The position numbers were made by a program, and so were the translations under genes. 64,000 nucleotides of DNA from NCBI GenBank assembly GCA_043228905.1, contig JBHGNT010000001.1, forward strand, positions 19,964,001-20,028,000, in the 5' to 3' direction. This DNA comes from Azolla caroliniana. Its lineage: Eukaryota > Plantae > Polypodiophyta. The notes beneath the pieces are model-generated. The model was not told where the DNA came from. It did not search any database and was given only the letters and a program-made list of their open reading frames with translations. This document shows positions 50,552-63,099 of the stretch, one piece after another; within the stretch, counting starts at the first letter, position 1, and every line of letters begins with the position of its first letter.

Positions 50552-52296
50552 CCGCGAGTTGGGACTTTATGCGGCCAATTTCTTTTAGGTTGGCGTCGAC
50601 GATGACTAAATCATCAACATAAAGAAAAATACTAACCGGTCCATATCGACCTTGGTGGACAAACAATGAAGAGTCCGATTTGGACGTCAGAAATCCCATC
50701 TGACGCAAGCGTTGTGTGATCTTCGTGTTCCACGTGCGCGGGGCTTGTTTTGGTCCGTAAAGGGACTTCTTCAGTCGGCATACTGTTAAGGTGTTCTTTC
50801 TTGAAAGAAATCGGGGGGGTTGTACCATGTACACCTGTTCTTCAAGTTCTCCTTGCAGGAACACATTCTTTACATCCATCTTATGTAAATGCCACCCTTT
50901 TATCGCGGCTACCGGAAGCAGGACACGAACGATTGTCATCTTTGCAACAGGCGCAAAGGTCTCATAGTAGTCGATGTCGTGTTGTTGTGCGTATCCCTTT
51001 GCCACTAACCGGGCCTTGTAGCGGTTGATAGAGTCGTTGGTGTTGTACTGGACCTTTTACACCCACCTGCATCCAATCGACTTTACACCCTTCGGGGCGT
51101 CAACCAGGTCCCAGGTTTCATTTTCTGCTAATGTGTGCATCTCTTCCTCCATTGTGGCATGCCAAGTTGCGTCCTTTGCCGCTTCTGCGTAGCTCTCTGG
51201 CTCATGCACTTCCGCCACTCGCGTCATGTACGCGTAATAATGCACCATGTACTCATTGTATCTGAACCGCACCATAGGGTTCTTCTGGCGAGCGGATTGG
51301 CGTAATTGCTCATTACCGATTTTGAGGCCCTCTTGGCCGACGGGGACTTCGTTTCCAAAGGTCCGTCTTCGTTCTTCTCTGAGTCAGATTCGTTTCGATC
51401 CGACTCGTCTTTATTAGTGTCGTACTCCGGCATCTTCTTCTTTCCCTTCTCTTTGCGCGTAAACCATTTCCTCGGCTTCCTGCACGGGGATTGCACAACC
51501 GAGTCTCAACTACTCCCTGGCTCTGTGTCTAACTGGTCATACCGACTCAGTCGCTAATTCGGCCCACTTAGCCTAAATGAGATCAAACTCTCTTCAGGAG
51601 CTCCGATGTCTCCTTCGTCCCGAGGCATTTCAGCCTCGTTGACCTCTTCGTCACAGATGGGAATGCAGTCGTCAGGGGTTGGAGGCGAAGGCAAGTACCA
51701 CGATGCGGACTCGTCGAACACAATATCACAACTTATGCGACCTTGTTTGGTTTGGGGGTTATAACACTTATAACCCTTCTGTTTGTTCAAGTAGCCAACC
51801 AAGATACACTTCTCGGCTTTGGCATCTAGCTTCCTCCATTTCTCCTTCGGCACATGCACATACGCGATGCTACCGAAAACCCTCAAGTGTGCCAAGTTCG
51901 GCTTCTTCTTGAAGTACAACTCATGTGGAGACACTCCTCTAGTGGTAGATGCCCAATTCTGGAGGTAGACGACTGTTCTGATCGCTTCGGCCCAATAGAA
52001 CTTCGGCAGATGCTTCTCTTCAAGCATTGCCCTTGCCGCCTCCTCGATCATCCGATTCATCCTCTCGGCCACGTCGTTTTGCTGCGGCGTGTATCTACAC
52101 GAGAATTCGCGTCGAATTCTCTCCTTCTGTAGATAACTCGAGAATTGGTTGGAGAAGTACTCCTTCCCGCCATCGGACCTTAGGCACTTGATCTTTCGCC
52201 CAGTTTCCCTTTCCGCAAGGCTCTTCACCTTCAAGAAACACTCGGAAACTTCGCTCTTTTTCGCGATCAAGTACGCCCAAGTGTGTCGAGTGAAGT
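50552..52296 (-). pseudogene. K integrase and RT segment
   Basis: [35 protein letters not shown]. Confidence 0.92.
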
Positions 52297-52746
52297 TGTT
52301 ACAGGCATGACCATATAATATCCCGTGATGAGAATTTACCGTAGTATTCAATACACATGGATAAGTGTGAGGGTTAAATGAGAGTATAAAGAAGGGGAGG
52401 ATTACTTTTAATCCTCAGGATTGCGACAACCCATTAGGCCAAGTGTGAACTTGCCTAGGGGCCTTGGGTATCGCTATAAATATGAGGCCTAGCTACCCTC
52501 ATTTCATGATATCTTGACTACGTTGAGACTCTGTTTCGTGGTGGGTCAACTCTTGTAGCGAGCGCGCCAGCTCCAGGTACGACTCGACACCACGACGGTG
52601 GTATGGGACACTGATCGAGGCTTGAGTTCGTCTCGATCCCTTCGCAGAGGGTGGTCGGGTGGATCGACACCCTTCTTTCTCTCTCTCCTTTCTATCTATC
52701 TATCTTTTATCCTTATCATTGCTTACTTTAGATCATAACTCTATCA
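52297..52746. mobile_element. Solo LTR S (450 bp) in K integrase
   Basis: TGTTA...TATCA ends, perfect TSD GAAGT, CTATAAATA near 52474, no internal domain. Confidence 0.88.
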
Positions 52747-52751
52747 GAAGT

Positions 52752-54038
52752 TATCGATGAAGGTTACGAAGTACCAACCGCGATGCGTGAATCGAACTTG
52801 CATCCCCTGGTCGACGATCAGTCCGACCGATACCAGGTTCTTGGTTATTGTCAGGATGTGTAGCACGTTCATGAGTTTCCCGTTCTGCCCGACGTGGCTA
52901 AGGGGAACTTCTCCGACATGTTCGATGGTATGCGGAGTGTCGTCTCCAGTTTTGACCACTCCTTGTTTTTCTGGTTTCCCCAAGTATGAGAACCATTCCT
53001 CGAGACACGTCATATGATTTGATGCTCTGGAATCAACATACCACACCTCGTTCGGTTTCAAGGTGTTCACCACCATCGAATTGGCCTTGTGCTTCATTAT
53101 GAAGGCTGGGCCCGATCCATTTTCGGCTCGTTCGGAGCCTCGGCGTAGTGCGATCGTTGCCGGATCCGGATGCGGTTTTCTCTGAATCGACGCGTTTCTT
53201 CTAGCACTCGCTCTCCCTATGGCCTTTCTTGCCACAATACCAACATTTTGAGGCAGGTTTTCCTTGCCGGTTTCCGGCCCCGCCTCGACTCCCCCTACTT
53301 CCGGAGGGTCCGGAACTACTATTGGTTGGCATTACGACCATGCCTTTCTATCTTGCTCCTGTCAGCCGCCTCCATTGCGCGCCGACTCGCCTCGTTTGCC
53401 ACGACCACGGGGCCTATCTTCCTCCGTGTACAACATCTTGTTGTCGGCGTGCGTACTTGTTGACACACCCGCATGGTTCTCCTCTACTAGGAGCATCAAC
53501 TATAACTCGAAAAACGACGTCGTATTCTCCCTCGTACAGACCGTAGTTCGGAAAAGCTCCAAACTTCGACACTAACCCTCTGAGGTAGACCTGCACCGTT
53601 TCATCCTCCTCGGCGTTTACATCGACGGAGGCGAGAGATTGGCAAATGTCCTTGATCTTGGAGGTGTAGTCAACCATCGACATATTTCGTTGTCGAACAT
53701 TGCTCAACTCTTGCCTGAGTTGGAGCTTCCTGACTGTGGTGCTCGCGGTGAAAATCTTTTTCAGATTTCCCCAAGCCCTTCGGCGTCTTCACATCCCGAA
53801 TGTAGCAAAGAAGTTGATCGCTCACACAAGATGTGAAGCAGTAGAGAACTCTGCTTGCCGCATGTTTCTAGGCCGGGAAATCTCTGTGTGTCGATTCGGG
53901 CGTTGTTTCATTAGCTCCATCGACATAACTCTAGTAGCCATGCCCGAGTAGGTACTGGTGCATCTTGTACGACCAAGATGTGTAGTTGCTTCTGTCAAGC
54001 TTCTTCGTCGAAAGCGAGCTAGTCATTCCTCTATCCAT
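52752..54038 (-). pseudogene. K gag and protease segment
   Basis: Homologous to B gag; WYVDSRASNHM; integrase zinc-finger region deleted near 52780. Confidence 0.9.
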
Positions 54039-54124
54039 TCTTTTCTTCTTCTGTTCTTTCACCGTGATTAGGGTTTGTCTATTTGTCGGTAGTAGAGGAT
54101 CTCAACCCTCGGGCTTTGATACCA

Positions 54125-54519
54125 TGAAAAAGAATACATGCGGAAGCTTAACAAACACAACCGGATAACAACAGACAAGAGACAAAGAAGATGAGGAAGG
54201 TTTAATGGAAAGCTTAATCAACAAAGCATAGGCAGGGATAGACGGAGAGAGCAGAACACAAAAAATTGTACACCAAAACAATACTCTAAAACTCTGTACA
54301 TACGATGTGCTCAAAGAGCACTTTTATACAAGTCCATACGGACTAACAGAAGTACTAACACGTACTTCAATGCTCATCAATGAGACTCTACGCTAACTCC
54401 CAAAATATATTCCTCTATTATCCAATGGCCTCCCGGTTTACGCACCGCTACGGCCTCTCGTTGTGCACCCGGTTTACGCACCCAGTCTACGCACCCAATG
54501 TTGAGCTTGTATCTCAACA
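54125..54519 (-). repeat. K 5' LTR
   Basis: Starts TGTTGAGATACAAGCTCAACA as the C LTR does; followed by TGGTATCAAAGC. Confidence 0.92.
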
Positions 54520-54774
54520 AAACAAGAAGGGAGACATACTATGAACACAGCTTCAGAGCTTCAATGTAACTTCTTATTCTCTCGTGTTGCAACGCTTACA
54601 CTCCGAGTGTCTCGTTACAATGTTAAGGTTGGGCTTATATACTCAAGCCCTAACTCAAAGACGTGTTCACACTTAGGATACAAAGTGAAAGGAGTCAGAC
54701 TTTTATTATGTCAACACAAACGAGGGTTGCAATGGTCCCATTATTAAAAGAAACTCATGTAGGGCATTACAACA
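54520..54774 (-). repeat. Probable older LTR remnant L, into which K inserted
   Basis: Begins TGTTGTAATG on the minus strand and has TATATAAGCCC; other half not in the window. Confidence 0.45.
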
Positions 54775-54893
54775 TATCCATAAGTCATTTCATGTTATGT
54801 TTCTGGAAGTGGTAATCTAATGGCATGATTTTCTTGGGTTAGGTAATGTGACGGCAAGATCTGCCTCGGTTGCAAAATGTCCCTCTAATTCAT

Positions 54894-55617
54894 ATGATGA
54901 AGGATGATGATACTACCGTCACAGCAGCAGCAGCAGCAGAAGAAGAAGAAGAAGAAGAAGAAGAAGAAGAAGAAGAAGAAGAAGAAGAAGCTTTCCCATG
55001 GCTAACGAGTGACAGAGATTTGGGTTCAGGTGTGGAGGCATGGCCCATTCCCATTATCATCAACAACACCAACACCAACACCAACACCAACACCAACAAT
55101 TCCAACAATTCCAACTCCAACTCCAACTCCTCAGTAGACACTATTCCCTCCTCCTTCTTCATCTATTCTTCTTCTTCCATACTCCCCAACCACCCCATCA
55201 TCCCTTCTTCTCCTTCTTCTTCGTCTGTCCTTTACACCCAAGCTTCCATGCCTTCATCCTCATCTGCATCATTCTCTTCTTCCTGCCTCTGCGTCCAAGC
55301 TTCTTTGGCATCTTCTTCTTCTTCTTCGTCATCAGCAACTTCATCCTCTTCACTTTGTGGCCGACAGCAGATTGACGGAGACCTTGCATACAATGCAGAA
55401 TCAAAACTTCGCTATTTGGCTGAAGATCGAGATTTCCAAGGCTTGATTTCTTTCACAGAATGTGGGCCTTCTTGCTCTTGCTCTCAGAGATGTATATATA
55501 GAGTCACTCAGAGAGGGCTAGCTGTGAAAGTATGTGTTGTTAGAGATAGAAGAAAGGGTTGGTGTGTCCGAGCTTCCCAGTTCATCCCCAAAGGTTCATT
55601 TGTCTTTGAATATGCAG
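54894..55617 (+). CDS. SUVR3: SUVR3-like histone-lysine N-methyltransferase, coding exon 1 (pre-SET and SET N-terminus)
   Basis: ECGPSCSCSQRCIYRVTQRG...RDRRKGW...FEYAG; donor GCAG|GTACG at 55617/55618; first in-frame ATG at 54894 (true start uncertain). Confidence 0.88.
54924..54989 (+). repeat. (GCA)5(GAA)17 coding microsatellite
   Basis: Read directly; encodes A5E17. Confidence 0.95.
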
Positions 55618-55799
55618 GTACGCTCTCTCCGTTGATCTACAATTTCCAGTAATTTTGGGTTTTTGATAGTATATTCTTAACAAATTGTAGGCTTTTGAAG
55701 CATAGTCTGAAGAGAATTCTAGGGGTTTTCTGTGTTTATTCTGAAAAGGGCTTTGAGGCATAACTGAATCATAATTTTGATTGCTTGGTTGGTCCTGAT

Positions 55800-57380
55800 G
55801 AAGTTTAGAAAGCCATCACTCCTCCATCCATCCATCCATCCATGGCTTTATACACTTGTAGCCATGAGTTCAGGGGATTTCTCAACAACATATTACCTCC
55901 TCCATGAGATCGCCATTCAGGGAAACGCACTTTCCAAGTCTAGCCTACCCAAAACCTTTTCTGGTTTGCACCACATTCTTCATAGTACTACTTCTTACAG
56001 CTGCCATCATCCAAACTGGGGGTTGCAAAAGTATCAACAAAGTCCACCTCTGGCTTTAGAATACACATTATACCCTCTGCCGCAAGCATACCCGTGTGTT
56101 TATGCAGAAGAGCCAATAATGGATACTTCCTTGGTATGTTTTAAAAAGCTGATTGACTAGATCAGCTTACATTTACCTGAATGAAGGAAGATCTAGCTAG
56201 GTCTTTTTTGTAGTCTAACCTGCAATTTGGGTTATACATCCTGTAGAAAGTCAGGTAGTTACTCAGAAAGTAAAGGCTAGGAGATCAAGTTTCCATTTTC
56301 TCCCTCCAACCAAGTCTTGGTCACGTGTGCATAGGCAGCACATCTGATATGCAAAGTAAGAGTTCTCAGTAGGCTGCCTACCAAACTAGGCTATTGATGG
56401 AGTCCTCTCAGGTACCATTGTATAGGAGACTGTTAAGATTATGCACTGAAATAACCACTGCTACCGCCCAAAACTTTCTCGGAGAACTTCTTTGCACAAA
56501 GATAGCTCATGTCATTTTCACTGTTATTCAGTTGTTTCACCTCACTCTCAGGTGAAGTGCATGTTTCACTAAACTCTAATACCTCCAGAGATGTACTTTC
56601 CACCTTTCGTAGCTCCTAATTGTGTTCATTTTCTACCTACTAAGCATTTTTTGAAGGTGAGGAGGGCATGCTGTTTTCAATGAGGTTGACTGTAGTAATC
56701 TAGAATAAGCATGTAATCCTCACTGCATCCAAGGGAATCTGTCATTGTAAGTCCGTGGGAATCTGGTCCAGTGGGCCACTGACCCTTCTGAACGCTGTCA
56801 TATGAAAGACTGTCAGATCTCTGCATATGTCGATGGAACCTCCCGGGTTCTGGACCAAGAGATGGATGAAATGGATTTTGAGGATGAGATATGCACTTGG
56901 AGCAAGACGAAATGGATACACTGCGATGAACTAGCTTAGAATCATATAGAATACCCTTAAGAAAAGAAGACAAATTCAAACCCTTTGCATATTATTCAGA
57001 GTGAAGTTACATATGAGTTAAGCTATGAAAAGGTCAATATCAAGTGCAATCGGACTGAGTTTGGGAAAGTGGGATCAACCACATAAAAGTGGAAAGAGAT
57101 TGGAACAGATCAACAAGTGATGAGAGACGAATTTCCATGGACCTAGTAAATAATGGTTTGAAGGTTATATGAGGTGAAGGCTGTGAGAGTGAATTCTGGA
57201 AGGGTGAATCAAGCCCAAAAATTGGAAAAAGTTTGTGGACAGTTCTAACAAGTGACGAGAGAAGAATGTCCATGACTTTGTAAGGAATGGTTTTAAGCTT
57301 ATATGAGGTGAAGACTGCGGGGATGATCATACCACCTTCTTGAAAATCTTTCTTTTCAATATTCCATATAATTTGGAATT
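55800..57380 (-). mobile_element. Possible highly decayed LINE fragment in the SUVR3 intron
   Basis: Less AT-rich block with broken minus-strand ORFs of L1-ORF2-like composition; no diagnostic motif. Confidence 0.25.
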
Positions 57381-57925
57381 TCAATCATATCCATGAAAGA
57401 TCTTTTGTATGAACTTGAAGTTTGTGCCAAACTTGATTTCTACTGGGGATATAGAAACCTAATGTTATATGTTTCTTTACAGGTTTATTTCTTTCTTTTA
57501 AGAGGCTAAACTTTTGTTATTTATACCTGATCCCAATTTTATTACTCGGAGGTAGTTCTACATTAATGTACATATTCTGAGAAAGTCTTTGGATAATTTG
57601 TTAGGTGAGGGCATAAGTCGTCTCAATACAGAATGATGAGATTTGTAGAGCACTCTGATAAGAACAATGGGAAGTGAGTTAGAGGCATTCATGGTGGTTA
57701 ATATTTTTCTAGTGTCTCATCTATTGGCAAGCTCAAGAATTAAAACTTGGATATGTTGCCAAAAATGAATGCACGTCCATATACACATACATGCATAACT
57801 CGTAAATATCTTTCATTAGATCAAAACTACACACATATCTATAATGCTCTTGCAATATACTGACACACATCTGCATTGTAATTTTCTTGAACATTTTGAC
57901 CCTAAAAATGACAACATTGTTGCAG

Positions 57926-58317
57926 GAGAATTCCTCACCACATCAGAAGCCCAGGAAAGGCAAAGAATGTATGATCGATTGCGCAAAACTCGGAAGAACT
58001 TTGTCCATTCTCTGTTAGTCATAAGGGAACATTTGCCATCGGGGAACATGTGCATACGTTGGAATATTGATGCAACAAGAGTGGGTAATGTAGCTCGATT
58101 CGTAAACCATTCTTGTGATGGAGGTAATCTTCAACCATGCCTGGTTAGGTTGACTGGCTCCATCATCCCTAGGGTTGTATTTTTTGCTCGGTTAGATATC
58201 CTTGATGAAGAGGAACTAACTTTTAGTTATGGTGAGAGCATTGATAGGTCTGATGCTCACCCATGCTTTTGTGGAACTTCTTCTTGTAAAGGCGTTCTTC
58301 CATCAGAAGACACATAA
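57926..58317 (+). CDS. SUVR3: SUVR3-like methyltransferase, coding exon 2 (SET C-terminus and post-SET)
   Basis: Acceptor TGCAG|GA restores YAGEFLTT; IDATRVGNVARFVNHSCDGGNL, EELTFSYG, CFCGTSSCKGVLPSEDT*. Confidence 0.93.
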
Positions 58318-58598
58318 ACCTTTGTATATGAATCTGTTGGATGTAAAACTATTAATGCCTGAAATGATGTAAAATCACTTGCTTCCAATGTCAAATAGCC
58401 ACAAAAAGGTTCTTTTGATTTTTGAGAAGACCATATGTAAACATGGTTAGGAACTGGTATTTGCATGATTGGATTAGTAGATGAAAAGACTTGCCTTTTT
58501 CTTTTAATCAATGGGAAGTAGAAAACCAATAACCCAACCATCTCATAACGATACATACATTTTACTCTAATTACATCAATGTTTTGTTTTCAAGTTCT

Positions 58599-58728
58599 TG
58601 ATAATAAAGATTTAATGCAATTAGTTTGATCGTCTAAACAACTCGTGTCATTCTGGATGACTGATAATAAAGATTTAATGCAATTAGTTTGACCATTTAA
58701 ACAATTCCTGTCATATTGGATGACTGAT
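58599..58728. repeat. ~63-bp tandem duplication downstream of SUVR3
   Basis: TGATAATAAAGATTTAATGCAATTAGTTTGA at 58599 and 58662. Confidence 0.8.
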
Positions 58729-59637
58729 ATTTGTGCGATTCATTTAAACAACTCTTGTTATTACTTGATAACTGATATTTTTGTGCTGCAGTGTTGCGAT
58801 AATTTGATAATCTGTTTGTAGGCTGTAGCATAAATAACTCATGTTAATGGAGGAATGATATCGGTTTATCATCATAAGTCCGAACAAATGAATAGAGAGC
58901 AGCACAATTGATGGTGTAGATGGATGGACATAGAATAGGGAGGTCAGTCTTAAGAGGAGAATAAACAAATCTTGTTTTATGCTGGAGGATTTTACTTCCA
59001 ATCCTCCTCCCGTTTCAAAACACATCAATGGATGTCCAGATGTGTGCTACTTATGTCCTTGTAGCTTGTTACATTTAGCTTAGTTACATCAAATTTGAAG
59101 GTTGAAAAGTTTGGTGTTTTTGACATCCAACTTAAAGACTGAAGGCTCTTGATCACTCCAGATTGCAAGCGAGGATGGAGATGGTTGAATGAAGGTCAAT
59201 ATAGTTGTAAAATGAGATGGTCACATATTTCCATGCTCCAATCATAGCCTTATGAACTAATTCTAAAGTCTAGTTTTAGTGGTAGGATAAGCAGGAACCT
59301 ATTTATACTAGGACATGGACATCCAAAGTTTTACTATTGAGGCAAAGCTCTCATATAGATGGATTTGTAGAAAGGTTGATTTCCACAATATCAATCACAT
59401 TGGTAATGTTAGTGTGGCATCCCCATGTTCCTGTTGCTGCATGATCCTTCTTTGCCCCTCCTCGGCATTGTTCTTGTTCATATATGCTATCGTTCCTTTC
59501 TGCCTCTGCACATGGTGTTGAGGCCATCGGTCATCGCCTCTACACATTGCCACCATCATTCCTTTGTGCATGCCTCTGCACATGCTATTGTTTGCTTATG
59601 GCTTCTTTGTGTTCGATGGTATATAATTCATGCATGA

Positions 59638-59638
<1 letters not shown>

Positions 59639-59662
<24 letters not shown>
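59639..59662. repeat. (TA)n microsatellite
   Basis: Read directly. Confidence 0.9.
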
Positions 59663-59668
<6 letters not shown>

Positions 59669-61770
59669 CATGCTCAATAGACCGCCAATTTGGTTTCACT
59701 AATTATTCTGCATTCGATAACGGCTGTGCCTTCCCATCTTTAGTGTATAATTGTTCTGTGCTCCTCCATGTGGTCATCGCTTAATCATGCAAGTAATACT
59801 CATTATTTCCCCCCTTTTTATCTCATTCTTCTTTTAACTAGCTAGGTATGGTTTATCAATGGAAAGTGACCATGCTTGTTTATCACTAGCCATCATAAAA
59901 TCCTAAAGGGACATCAAGAAATTAGAAAGGATATATTAGACACCTCAACTAAAGACATTGGAAGTATTGGTTGTGATGCAAATGTAAACAACAATGAAAA
60001 AGTAAGAAAAGAAACTATAGTCAAAAATATCGTAAAGTATTTCAATTGTCTGACCAAAAAACATTGGTTTAAATAAGGAGAGACTAGTGGGCACTAAATG
60101 GTTATTTAAAAGGAGTTCAAAACATTAATCAACAATGGCTACATTAATCTCTATGTAAACCATCTTACACACCCAAGCTTTCTGGGTCTATGTTCTTAAT
60201 TTTGGGCACTATCCACAGCACTAGTTAACTATCATTCATGCTTTTATAGATCTTGGTGTTGGGATGATACCATGCTTCCACCCAATATATCCACTTGTAC
60301 CAAAATCAATGTTTATCCGTTCCTTTCAACTCTTTGTACATCATCAACTGTATTTCCTTTTTGCTCTATGAGAGAAACTAAAGGCCTAGTTCAACAAAAA
60401 ACTAGTTTGAGCCCCTTCTTTATATTTATAGGTCGCAATTTCCTACTTGGCTGATTTACCCCAATTAACTGGAAAAGCCAGCTAACACAGTGATGATTTC
60501 GAGATGAAAGCCATCCTTGTGGTCCGCGGACTCATCCTGAAATTCTATAACTTCAAGCTACTGTCGCACAAACCAATTCACTCAGTTCATGCCGGAATCT
60601 AATCACCTTAATGGCATACGACTTTAAGAACATACTATTTTAAGAAATGGTCTCATATGTAAAGCAAACTAAGAACTGTTATGCTATATATACACAACAC
60701 GTCTCAACCTCCAACTATTCCTCAACAAACCAGACAGTAAACCAACAACGGTCTGCAAATAAAAGTTGTTGAGGCAAAACACCTAGATCATGGGTTCCAT
60801 TCTATGTTTATTTTTTATGTAACTTCGTTTCTTCATTCGAAAGTCATCTTTGACACCATTTTATCCAACCGATTCAGTTCTACGAATATGGGAACAGTTA
60901 AACATCAATATAAAACATTAACTGATTCAATCATTGCGTGCACAAGAATGATCTGGCATTGATGTCAAACCTTCAAAGCAAGTTGTGTTCAAATTCAATG
61001 CACAGAAAAAAGAGGAAGCTCATTATTTAAAAGTACAAGTTTCAATCATACATAGATCCTTGGTGTGTTTCTTTATATAGACTACAGAATAAACATATGG
61101 AAGTTTTTTGAGGATGTGCTCAATATATATATTATGTTGATATAAATTAGATATACGGACTTGTGATCATGTGCTTACTAACTCAACATGTTTTCTTGCT
61201 TCTAAGACTACTCAAAGATATTACAATCAACATCTCTTTTCAAGTAATCTATGAAAAGTTTTGTTCATTTTATTCTCAAGAAATTCCCACTAAACATAGA
61301 AGCACGAACTTCATGCACTCTGGCAAGTGGTATAGTAGCCAACGCTGAGCAAATAAATGCCATGTTATTTTCCTGCAAAAATGTAAATGGCATATTCTCT
61401 TTCTTATGATATAAAACGTAAACTGAATACGAGCAAAATGTTTGATGTCTTAAGACTCCAAGGAACTTAACTAGACTCCATGCTGATTTTCTTCAAGGCC
61501 TGCTTGCTTAGACACACTAAAGAAACCCATAAATATAATCTGAGCATGTAAACTATGGTTAATGTGAATTTTATGACAGGTCTGTAGTATACAAAATTTG
61601 CAATAAACTTAGGAGAGAATACGTTACTTTAATTAATTTTGATAGTATCATATCAGTGTGTAAACAAGTCGAATTATGTAAAAATAAATCATTATGACAC
61701 GTTAAATGAGGATTTCCATTATTCTGTCTCGTACCTGCTCATAAACAGAAGTTGATCATCATTCTAAAGA

Positions 61771-61859
61771 TCAACTATAGCATCGGTATGATGGGTCCCA
61801 CATTCGGGATTTAGCTGCTTCCAGTAAATCATCTGGTTTCGGTAAATTTGTTGCAATTC
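61771..61859 (-). CDS. Malic enzyme (NADP-ME-like), last exon
   Basis: GIATNLPKPDDLLEAAKSRMWDPSYRCYS*; phase-1 acceptor AAACAG. Confidence 0.88.
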
Positions 61860-62302
61860 CTGTTTCAACCACATAGTTTATTGATTTCTAATGAACCAAT
61901 AATGACCAAATTAATCATTCAATTAAAAGTACATATACTTCATTGAAAATCTATACTGTCTAGTTGAAAGGATAACCAAAGACATTCAAAAATTTTAATG
62001 TAGAATACACTAAACAGAAGTATACTCTATATAGAACTTTTAAATCAACATGTTATAAATCCACTTTAAGCTATCTACATTGTTTTTTTGCATCACATAC
62101 CCTGGTGGTATGATTACTGAATGATCAAGATTTTCTTCATGTACCTGTTGATTTGTGTTTCCACTCTTGTGACTAATTCATGTCATAAATGATGGTTTGT
62201 GTATATGGTCTCATATGTTATAATGATTATGAACAAACAGCAATGTGAATAAACCATAGGACGAATTATGAGCAACACCTTTCCCACCCCAAATAAACAT
62301 AC

Positions 62303-62431
62303 CAAGTTTATAGGCCATGTTGGCAACTGCCTTGCCAACATGCAATGAAGTCTTCCGAATTCTGTTGAGTGGAGGGTACACAAGTCCCACTTCTCTATCT
62401 TCATCTGTAACTTGTGATGCAAGAGCATCAG
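62303..62431 (-). CDS. Malic enzyme exon
   Basis: ADALASQVTDEDREVGLVYPPLNRIRKTSLHVGKAVANMAYKL; AG/GT borders, phase 1 to 1. Confidence 0.9.
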
Positions 62432-62552
62432 CTGCATCAGCACATGGTTCTTGATTATTACATTGAAGTGATGCAAAACTGTTTAGAAAATTCCATGTAA
62501 ATTCTGGTTTTAAACATAATACCATGATTTTTCACATAAACATGATTTTCAC

Positions 62553-62643
62553 CTGCTGCTAAAAACATTTCATCTCGTACTCGTGTTGCACCAGAAAGAG
62601 CACATCCTAAACCAATTCCAGGAAATATGAAAGCACTATTACC
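62553..62643 (-). CDS. Malic enzyme exon
   Basis: [30 protein letters not shown]; AG/GT borders, phase 0 to 1. Confidence 0.92.
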
Positions 62644-62940
62644 CTGGTTCACAACAAACAATATACATCATATATGATATTATAGGTAAAACTCCAAAAT
62701 ACAGTTCAGTATTTTTATTTATTACCCCAAATGCCTCTGGTCAAACCCCATAAAGACGCAATTATTTTGGCCTCTTAAAAGACATTAATACATCTTTCTT
62801 TCTTTCTTTTCTCTTTATGAAGTTGAGCAGAGGAGAGATAACAAAATTCAGTAGCAATTTAATACAAAAGCTCAGGTATATTCAGAATTTTCCTTTCTTA
62901 TATTTACTGGATAAGAATCATGTAAATATGGAATGCAAAC

Positions 62941-63015
62941 CTGTCCTGCATGAAACAATCTCCCATTAACATTCACTGGATCACTGTGGCTGGCACATGC
63001 AAATATGCAACGTCC
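62941..63015 (-). CDS. Malic enzyme exon
   Basis: GRCIFACASHSDPVNVNGRLFHAGQ; 75 nt, AG/GT borders. Confidence 0.88.
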
Positions 63016-63099
63016 CTAATGGCATATAATGTGTTTATTGCCAATAGTTATTTAAAAGAGAGCACTGAAATAGAATAAGCATTGAAATATGTCTATTAC

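Larger units (their letters stand above)
2163..54519 (-). mobile_element. Ty1/copia element K, host of the nest, split into five pieces; 3' LTR upstream of the window
   Basis: 5' LTR 54125-54519, iMet-type PBS ~54113-54124; coding pieces 52752-54038 (gag/PR), 50552-52296 (IN/RT), 27377-27453, 21299-21851 (RT/RH), 2163-2657 (RH/tail) are colinear with B once insertions are removed. Confidence 0.85.

Noticed and set aside
55040-55375. Poly-QH/poly-F ORF and antisense poly-K ORF
   Set aside because: Alternative frames of the SUVR3 microsatellites
57844-57925. N-terminal part of ORF 57844-58317
   Set aside because: Intronic; SET homology and splice phase start at 57926
58744-61400. Short ORFs between SUVR3 and the malic enzyme gene
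   Set aside because: AT-rich, no motifs or consistent splice structure; possibly old TE debris that I cannot classify
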